Positions 57,054 through 64,000 of a DNA stretch of 64,000 bases are shown one piece after another. The DNA is from an uncultured Candidatus Woesearchaeota archaeon (GTDB lineage Archaea > Nanobdellota > Nanobdellia > Woesearchaeales > UBA525), in contig CAVRUV010000042.1 in NCBI GenBank assembly GCA_963724455.1, positions 2,468 to 66,467 of the forward strand. The letters run 5' to 3'. The stretch's first letter is position 1, and the number at the start of each line of letters is the position of its first letter. A model generated the notes under the pieces. The model saw only the letters and a list, made by a program, of their open reading frames with translations. It was not told the origin of the DNA and ran no database searches. The translations under genes were made by a program, and so were the position numbers.

Positions 57054-57956
57054 TCATCCGACTTTTCTATTAATACTTTGCTCACAAGACAAGTCCATCG
57101 TCATTCCTTCACATGCAGCAACAGTATCTGGAAATATGTAGCTAGCATCCTGCATCATCTTATGAATTTCAAAATCATTATGAGCAGGGTCATGATGCAT
57201 CAATACAAGCAATTTTGCACCCACATGCGCAGCAAGACGTGCTGCATAAATATTCGTCGAATGACCCCAACCTGCTCTTGTCGCATACTCCTCGGAAGTA
57301 TACGCGCTATCCATAACGATGATATCAGTTCCGACAAGTGAACTCTCAAGATTCCTATCGATTATCGAGTTACCATGCTCATGATCCCATAAGAATGCGC
57401 TTTTCACGCCATTAGTTTCAAGAATATATCCTACACTACCCTGCTGATGACGCAATGGCACCGGCATCATTGTTGCTGCACCAAGAGTTATTATTTCCGG
57501 ATCATAACCATCAACAATATGCTCGCTTATCTTCGCTGCAAGCATCCTTGGCCAATAAGGATATCCGATGCAACGATTGATAACTGACAAAGGAGTCACA
57601 CTCATGTCGACAGCAACAAGATCATACGTCCCCATTCTTTTTCTTCTTTCAAAATGTACTTTCTCTTCACCATACGCAGTGATAGTAGTTTGAGGATTAA
57701 ATAACGGTTCATACAAATGAATTCCTGAAATATGATCATTATGATAATGAGTAAAGAATAAGTGCTGAGGTTTTTTTGGTTCTTCACGCATTAATTCTTC
57801 ACCTAATGACACAATGCCTGTGCCTGCATCAATAATAATGTGTTCGAGTCCAGTATCTACATGAACGCAAGTAGTTTTACGTCCAAAACCGCCACTAGTA
57901 GTGTCATTGATTGGATCTCCAGATCCGCGAACTCCTCTAAAAGTTAAGATTGCCAT
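57054..57956 (-). CDS. MBL-fold metallo-hydrolase
   Basis: HYHNDHISG (HxHxDH), with a later H...D...H pattern (VLMHHDPAH). Confidence 0.75.
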   Translation of the reverse strand: MAILTFRGVRGSGDPINDTTSGGFGRKTTCVHVDTGLEHIIIDAGTGIVSLGEELMREEPKKPQHLFFTHYHNDHISGIHLYEPLFNPQTTITAYGEEKVHFERRKRMGTYDLVAVDMSVTPLSVINRCIGYPYWPRMLAAKISEHIVDGYDPEIITLGAATMMPVPLRHQQGSVGYILETNGVKSAFLWDHEHGNSIIDRNLESSLVGTDIIVMDSAYTSEEYATRAGWGHSTNIYAARLAAHVGAKLLVLMHHDPAHNDFEIHKMMQDASYIFPDTVAACEGMTMDLSCEQSINRKVG

Positions 57957-58051
57957 ACAGATAGGAGTGTATTGCGATAATAAAAAATATCTGAGCCATT
58001 TTTACGTTATTTTAGGAAAAATATATAAAAAAATACGTATTTTACAATAAA

Positions 58052-59050
58052 ATGCATATACTTGTTCAGCAAAATAAACCAATTCACCTCGATAGTAAAG
58101 ATAAGCAAATATTACTTGAGCTAAACTTAAATGCTCGAAAATCATATAAAGAAATTTCAAGAGCAGTGCGCTTGAGTCCTGATGGAACAAAATATCGAAT
58201 AATAAGATTGCAAGAGAATAATGTTCTTATTGGATCAAGAACAGTAGTAGCATTTGAAAGACTTGGTCTTACATCATACCATCTTTTACTATCCATACAT
58301 CCATCTGATAAAAAAACTGAAACTGAGATTATCAAATTTTTAGAAAACAGAATTGAAGTAAATGCAATTGTACAATATCTTGGTAAGTGGAATTTTGAAC
58401 TTGCGATGCGCACAAGAACAGCTCAAGAAATGGATGATTTCAGAAGAGATCTTCTTCATGAATTTCCAGACATACAAGAAGAACAGATGGTAATTACATT
58501 AAATATTATTACAGGCACAGCATTGCCAAAAAAAATATTTTCAGGAATCGGAACATTACAAGTGCAAAAAATAAAAAATAATGTAGTCACACAATATTTA
58601 CTCGATGATACTGATAAAAAAATATTGACAACAATCTCAAATGACGCAAATATGAACATATCGCAGATTATGCAAAAAACATCTCTAACAAGAGACCAAA
58701 TAACATACAGAATAAAAAAACTACAAGAAGATGGAATAATTCTAGATTTCAAACCAGTTATAAATTATGCAGCACTCGGCTATAGCATGCATGCAATAAC
58801 ACTCAAGTTTAACAACCGTGATGTTCGACGAGAAAAGCTTCTTGCATCATACTTACAAGAACATCAAAATATAATTTGGGCAGCTAGAACACTAGGTGCA
58901 TTCGATATAATAATATACATACTCAGCAAAGATACAAATGAGTTTCACAGCACAGTTACGCAATTGCGAACACAATTTGGAGATCTCATTAAGAATTATG
59001 AAGCACTTATCGCATATAAAGTATACAAATACACATTCCCATTCTTGTAA
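58052..59050 (+). CDS. tandem (double) Lrp/AsnC-family transcriptional regulator
   Basis: Two HTH_AsnC-like modules (LDSKDKQILLELNLNARKSYKEISRAV... and LDDTDKKILTTISNDANMNISQIMQKT...), each followed by a RAM-like domain. Confidence 0.75.
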   Translation: MHILVQQNKPIHLDSKDKQILLELNLNARKSYKEISRAVRLSPDGTKYRIIRLQENNVLIGSRTVVAFERLGLTSYHLLLSIHPSDKKTETEIIKFLENRIEVNAIVQYLGKWNFELAMRTRTAQEMDDFRRDLLHEFPDIQEEQMVITLNIITGTALPKKIFSGIGTLQVQKIKNNVVTQYLLDDTDKKILTTISNDANMNISQIMQKTSLTRDQITYRIKKLQEDGIILDFKPVINYAALGYSMHAITLKFNNRDVRREKLLASYLQEHQNIIWAARTLGAFDIIIYILSKDTNEFHSTVTQLRTQFGDLIKNYEALIAYKVYKYTFPFL

Positions 59051-59075
59051 ACAAATAATGAATACAAAATTAAAT

Positions 59076-59519
59076 TTAAGAAAACTCTTTTTTCAACAAT
59101 TCTTTCAATCCTTCAGGATAAATAGTTTTTCCGTCTAACTCATCAATACTAAGCCACACGTGCTCAAATGTATTTTCTGAATTAATATATTCTAATTCTG
59201 GACCAATTAATTTTACTTCCCCACTAAATTTTGTGATTAAAAAGAAATGTCCGATTAAATCTTCACCTCTGTACACAGAAGGTATTGTGAACAATTCTTT
59301 ATCTAAAATAACATCAAGATTTGTCTCTTCTTTTGTTTCACGAATTGCTGCTTGCTGTGCAGTTTCACCAGATTCAGTTGCTCCACCTGGTGGAAGAAAA
59401 TACTCTTCACCATATTTATTTCTGTGAATGAATAATATTTTTTTATTAGAATCAACAATTATTACCCGAGAATAATCACGAACTTTGCGAGTTTTAGTAT
59501 CAACCATAATGCCTATCAC
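59076..59519 (-). CDS. NUDIX hydrolase
   Basis: Nudix box GGATESGETAQQAAIRETKEETNL. Confidence 0.85.
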   Translation of the reverse strand: MIGIMVDTKTRKVRDYSRVIIVDSNKKILFIHRNKYGEEYFLPPGGATESGETAQQAAIRETKEETNLDVILDKELFTIPSVYRGEDLIGHFFLITKFSGEVKLIGPELEYINSENTFEHVWLSIDELDGKTIYPEGLKELLKKEFS

Positions 59520-59534
59520 ATAACTTCATACTTA

Positions 59535-60056
59535 TTAAAATTCCTCAAAGAATCTTTTACCATTAACCTTTTTCATATTCAGCAATATTTTCTTATCATT
59601 ATCCATGTGTGTAGCTACAATCTTTCCTATACATAGAACGCTATCTCCTAGTTGAATTTCTTGTTCTAAGATGCACTCGAAGTTTATTGTTGCATCTTTA
59701 ATAAGAGGAGTTTTAATTTTTTTTGCAGAAATAGTAGCAAGATTTGTTTTTTCAAACTTATTGATATCACGTCCGCTCACGGATCCAAAAAATAACAAGT
59801 CTTCTTCAAGTTCTTTATTAGGAACTGCGACAACAAACTCTTTGCTTTTTTGTATTAATTCATATGTATAACTTTTTTGTCCAATAGAGATTGCGAGATA
59901 ACCTGGATTCCTAGAACATTTCATGCAACGAGCAAGAGCCATACCGCTTGGACTTAGATTTGAATCAATAGAAATTACAAAAACACAATGTTCTGGCTTA
60001 AACTTGTCAAATGCGTCTGATACAGATACTTCTTGCATATGATTACTCATTTTCAA
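59535..60056 (-). CDS. flavin reductase-like (FMN-binding split-barrel) protein
   Basis: 173 aa with the pattern ...CVFVISI...GMALARCMKCS...EFVVAVPN...GSVSGRDINKFEKTNL...GDSVLCIGKIV. Confidence 0.55.
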   Translation of the reverse strand: MKMSNHMQEVSVSDAFDKFKPEHCVFVISIDSNLSPSGMALARCMKCSRNPGYLAISIGQKSYTYELIQKSKEFVVAVPNKELEEDLLFFGSVSGRDINKFEKTNLATISAKKIKTPLIKDATINFECILEQEIQLGDSVLCIGKIVATHMDNDKKILLNMKKVNGKRFFEEF

Positions 60057-60109
60057 TAACCTTCATGCTATTCATTTTTCTATTTATTCTTTCTGTTCAT
60101 TCTTTCAAT

Positions 60110-62647
60110 TCACTCTGCTTTCTCTTCGCTTTGTTCAATCTTGACTAGCGTTTTGCATTTCGGGTACTTGTCGCAGCCAAGGAAGTATCCACGAGCTGAA
60201 CTTCGAAGCTTCAAGTGTCCTTCGCCGCATTTCGGACAAGGCTTTCCTTCGCCTGCAGCTACAGCAAGAATTTTCTGTTTTTCAAATTCAACTTGATCTT
60301 CCTTGCTTTTTGGAACATTGACAATAGTCTTGCATTCAGGATATAAATCACAGCTGAGGAACATTCCAAATCTACCATTCTTCAGAATGAGTTTTCCCTT
60401 ACCACATTTCGGGCAAGGATTTCCTTCACCATTCTGCTTAGCAAGAATTTGCTGTGCTTTATCCTTTTCTAAACGAAGAGGACAATTCGGATTGATGCAC
60501 TCAATTAACGGAGGCATTCCTTTTCTAATAGTCATGAGCATTGGACTTGCGCATGATTCGCAGTTCTTGTCGGCAGGTTTTGGCATGCCGCCTTTCCCCA
60601 TCGGAGAAGTAAATGTGCAATCAGGATATTTATCGCAACCAATAAATCTGCTCTTTGTTTTCGGAGAGAATCTGATTCTTAGCATTCCTACTTTGCACAC
60701 AAAGCAAGGAAACAACGTCTCTGTGATATCGCGCTCAATTTTTCGCGCTTCAATAAGGCCTTCACCAGTCTTCTTCTCATTTTTTTTGAATTTAGTTAGG
60801 ATCTTTACAAGAGTATCTTTTGCTTCATCGATTACTTCATCGCTCTTCTTGTCGCCTTCTCGAATCTGTTCCATCTCGTCTTCAAAATGGCGCGTTAGCT
60901 CTTCATCTAGAATTTCAGATACCGATGTCTGCAAGACATCTACAATTTTCATGCCGAGCTCTGTTGCTTCAAAACTCTTTTGCCCCTTGACATAATTGCG
61001 CCTAACAAGAGATTCTACAATTTCAGCTCTTGTTGCTTTTGTGCCTAGTCCTCGCTTTTCAAGCTCATTAACAAGGCTCGCGGGAGTATAGCGTCGTGGC
61101 GGCTGCGTCTGCATCTTGAGAGTGTGCAACAATGTGTAAGTAACTGCTTCACGCTCTCTGAATGCTGGAAGCTCGTCTTCTTTCAAATCAACATATGATT
61201 GATATAATATGTGCCATCCTTTGAATACTGTTCTTGTGCCTTTGCATAAGAATCGCTCGCCTGCAATCACAATGTGTACAGTGTTTGATTCACGTATAGC
61301 ATCTTCTCCAAAAGTTGCAATGAATCGCTTAACGATCAAATCATAAAGTTTTTGTTCACGACCAGTCAGTTCGTCAGCAAGATTACCGGTTGGGTAAATT
61401 GCAGGGTGAGCTGGATCGTCTTTCTTTCCTTCATTTGGTGTAAGCAAGGATTTTGCAAGCAAGATATCGGCAGTCTCTTTGTAAAAACTATTTTTTGCTA
61501 ATTGGCCTAAGATTTTTCTATACCCAATTTTTGCAGGCAATTTCTGGCTGCTTGTTCTTGGATAAGAAATGAGTGCTGCTGAATAGAGAGTTTGTGCAAT
61601 TGATAGAGTATCTCGTGGGCTAATACCAAAGCAGCGATAAGATTCTGTTTGCAAGGAACCTAGATCGAATGGTGTTGGGGGAGATTGGTTGAAGCGTTTT
61701 GATTCAATCTTATCAACAGTTGCAGGTTTGCCCTTGCATTTTTTGAGGATTGTTTTTGTTTCTTCTTCAACATCAAATCTGTCGCGTTCGTGATAAGCAA
61801 TCCATTCTTTTTTTCCATCTTTTTCTTGGTGCTCGCCTTTCAATTCTATCTCCCAATAATCTTGGGGAATAAAAGCCGTGATTTCATTTTCCTTATCTAC
61901 GATGATTTTCAGAGATGGTCCTTGAACTCTACCAGTTGAGAGATTCATGAAACTGCCGGCGCTCTTTACTGCGTTGGTTAAAGCGCGGCTCATATTGATG
62001 CCGTACATCCAATCAAGAATGTGTCTCGTAGTACCTGCATTTGCTTGACCCCAATCGATGGTCTTGCTTTTTTCAGCATATGCTTCTTTAAGATCTTCAG
62101 CAGTAACTGTACTGAATTTCATTCTATTAGCATCGTTACGATTACACAAGTATTTGATGATATTAACACCGATAGTCTCTCCTTCAATATCATAGTCTGT
62201 TGCAACAGTACAAACTCTTGCGCCTTTAGCGAGCTTCTTGATGACGTTTGCGTACTTTCTACTAAATGCTGCTGTCTTATCTACGTCAGCAGTTAATTTC
62301 CACTCAACGTCAAAACTCGGATACTTGAAGCTTTTTTCTTTTTCAGCAACAGTAAATAAGTGACCTACTGCAGAAGCAACAACTATTGGCATCTTGTTAT
62401 GAGTAAGTTCGTAGTAAGAAACGCCTTGATCTGCCTTTTTTGTTGGTTTCCCATCGGCTAGCGCTTGAGAAATCTTCTCCATAGTGGAGGGTTTTTCGCA
62501 AATAATGAACTCATAGCCATCTGCAGGAATCTTTGAAGCTTTTGTAACCGGCTCTTTTGGAGCTACTTTAGCTGTTTTTGGAGCTATTTCGACCTTAGAA
62601 ATGATCTTTTTATCGACTTTAATTGTGGATTTCTTAGCTACTACCAT
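60110..62647 (-). CDS. topA: type IA DNA topoisomerase (TopA/Topo III-like) with four C-terminal zinc ribbons
   Basis: Toprim FIICEKPS, active-site Tyr region ISYPRTSSQKL, and C-terminal CxxC...CxxC units including CDLYPEC and CDKYPKC. Confidence 0.9.
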   Translation of the reverse strand: MVVAKKSTIKVDKKIISKVEIAPKTAKVAPKEPVTKASKIPADGYEFIICEKPSTMEKISQALADGKPTKKADQGVSYYELTHNKMPIVVASAVGHLFTVAEKEKSFKYPSFDVEWKLTADVDKTAAFSRKYANVIKKLAKGARVCTVATDYDIEGETIGVNIIKYLCNRNDANRMKFSTVTAEDLKEAYAEKSKTIDWGQANAGTTRHILDWMYGINMSRALTNAVKSAGSFMNLSTGRVQGPSLKIIVDKENEITAFIPQDYWEIELKGEHQEKDGKKEWIAYHERDRFDVEEETKTILKKCKGKPATVDKIESKRFNQSPPTPFDLGSLQTESYRCFGISPRDTLSIAQTLYSAALISYPRTSSQKLPAKIGYRKILGQLAKNSFYKETADILLAKSLLTPNEGKKDDPAHPAIYPTGNLADELTGREQKLYDLIVKRFIATFGEDAIRESNTVHIVIAGERFLCKGTRTVFKGWHILYQSYVDLKEDELPAFREREAVTYTLLHTLKMQTQPPRRYTPASLVNELEKRGLGTKATRAEIVESLVRRNYVKGQKSFEATELGMKIVDVLQTSVSEILDEELTRHFEDEMEQIREGDKKSDEVIDEAKDTLVKILTKFKKNEKKTGEGLIEARKIERDITETLFPCFVCKVGMLRIRFSPKTKSRFIGCDKYPDCTFTSPMGKGGMPKPADKNCESCASPMLMTIRKGMPPLIECINPNCPLRLEKDKAQQILAKQNGEGNPCPKCGKGKLILKNGRFGMFLSCDLYPECKTIVNVPKSKEDQVEFEKQKILAVAAGEGKPCPKCGEGHLKLRSSARGYFLGCDKYPKCKTLVKIEQSEEKAE

Positions 62648-62893
62648 TGATGCCTCGGAATGGAATTGTTTTCCATATAATATATAGCTGTAGATAGGAA
62701 GAAAAGGTTAATGGTTTTTAAAGATTTTGAGAAATCGAATTCAAGAGGCTGAAATGGTCAAATTCTTAGGCCCTAGGAGCTATAAACCACTTAGAAATCT
62801 TCCGACGAGACCGTGAACATTTCGAAGGGTTAATATAGACATAAATACTACTATCTGGTAGGAACAGATATAGATATTACCGGGGAATTAAAG

Positions 62894-64000
62894 ATGGATG
62901 AAACTGATCCGCTATATAGAGAGTACATAGCAACCCTGCAAGAGCTATATTTTCTAACACATCCATTTACCCACTCAAAAGAATGGACAAGCCAAGGACA
63001 AACCCTATTAGAAATAAAAACAACATCAGTTACATCTAAAGAAAAAAATGAAAAAATAAAAAACCGTAAAGAAAGAAAATATCAAATAAAAGATATACCT
63101 GAAGAAAAACGCACACATCACATAACAGAAAAAGAAGAACTAAGAATATTCGGCTCTGAAGGAGATTTAGAAGAATTCGGATTTTTAGAAGGCGGTGAAT
63201 CCGAAGATGAATTAATTCCACAAAGAGAACATCCGCTATTATCAATACCTCTAACACCATCTGAAAAACCAAAGACCACATTAGAAGCAATGGTAAGAAA
63301 AAGATTCTCAATACCGCAAGAACTACTACATCCATTCTACAACGTTGATTTATCTAGCCAACATCCAGTCGCGCAAGTACAAAGAAAATTAGACCATCTA
63401 GTAGAACAATTACATGAAAAACAGAATGAAACTATATTTTCGACGTCATATGACTTAAAATTCCAAACCATACAGTCAATACACGAAATGACTGCCGTAA
63501 ATATTGTATATAACCATTTAACACCAATCCAACAAAAAGAACACTTAACAGAAGTAGATAAAGAATGTAAAAAAAGATATGGAAGGAATGCATCAAAAGA
63601 ACTACATGGTGCACACAAAACTCTTTATCGCACCGCATTCACAAAAGACGTCATTCTAGAATCACGCGTACAACAAAGGCTTTTGGCAATTGAAATAGAT
63701 AATTTTCCAACGACAAGAGGAAAAGAAATGGGCATTTCAGCTCTAAAAAAATTACATTACAAAAACTTCAAAACATTAGTGCGTAATTTAGAGCTATCAA
63801 TTGAAGATGCATGGACAATAGCCAATGTGTGGGAAGAACCGTTATTATTAAAGCGAAACGCGAGAGCACTTTCCAACAATGCAAATGTTGTAGTTAGTAC
63901 ATACATGGCTACGAGAAATATATGGGAAAGCACATTCACATATACAGACTACAAAGAAAAAACAACAAATGTTAGCTTACTTACTCCAAATGTAATTCAT
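62894..64000 (+). CDS. hypothetical protein (partial; open to the window end)
   Basis: Not in the track because it is open at the edge. Hand translation from the ATG at 62894 (MDETDPLYREYIATLQELYFLTHPF...) runs 369 codons without a stop. Confidence 0.45.
   Translation, partial: MDETDPLYREYIATLQELYFLTHPFTHSKEWTSQGQTLLEIKTTSVTSKEKNEKIKNRKERKYQIKDIPEEKRTHHITEKEELRIFGSEGDLEEFGFLEGGESEDELIPQREHPLLSIPLTPSEKPKTTLEAMVRKRFSIPQELLHPFYNVDLSSQHPVAQVQRKLDHLVEQLHEKQNETIFSTSYDLKFQTIQSIHEMTAVNIVYNHLTPIQQKEHLTEVDKECKKRYGRNASKELHGAHKTLYRTAFTKDVILESRVQQRLLAIEIDNFPTTRGKEMGISALKKLHYKNFKTLVRNLELSIEDAWTIANVWEEPLLLKRNARALSNNANVVVSTYMATRNIWESTFTYTDYKEKTTNVSLLTPNVIH

Overview
This is a visibly AT-rich archaeal segment. 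Archaeal hallmarks are ribosomal protein S3Ae, RNase P protein Rpp21/RNP4, the Bud32 kinase, a Dph2 fragment and an intron-containing tRNA. Small tightly packed genes, huge glycoprotein-like surface proteins and bacterial-type metabolic genes suggest a DPANN-like reduced genome; this is inference. Gene content by region: (i) 1-2.7 kb holds a MoxR / DUF58 / vWA (Bat-like) module. (ii) 3.8-19.7 kb is a roughly 16 kb minus-strand cell-surface cluster with a 1235-aa cadherin-like adhesin, a LamG protein, two tandem pilin-like paralogs and two tiny unlisted RHH genes. (iii) 20-33 kb holds housekeeping and miscellaneous genes plus a perfect 118-bp tandem repeat. (iv) 34-41.3 kb is a copper/redox island (CcdA, cupredoxin, ArsR, CopZ, HMA-Met-rich membrane fusion, CopA, Trx-like). 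(v) 41.3-45 kb holds bacterial-type acetate kinase and phosphoketolase. (vi) 45-64 kb holds gyrB, a MazEF-like pair, rps3ae, an ExeA-like ATPase, an interrupted dph2, IMPase, an MBL hydrolase, a double Lrp, Nudix, a flavin reductase and topA. No rRNA, CRISPR array, transposase or integrase was recognised. The most interesting signal is non-coding: at least four same-orientation intergenic elements (45.07-51.5 kb). Their outer helix and an 11-bp inner hairpin change sequence between copies but stay complementary, around an invariant CUU bulge and a conserved 10-nt loop. This is the signature of a structured RNA family I cannot assign to any known class. All protein calls come from motif recognition by eye, and no database search was run.
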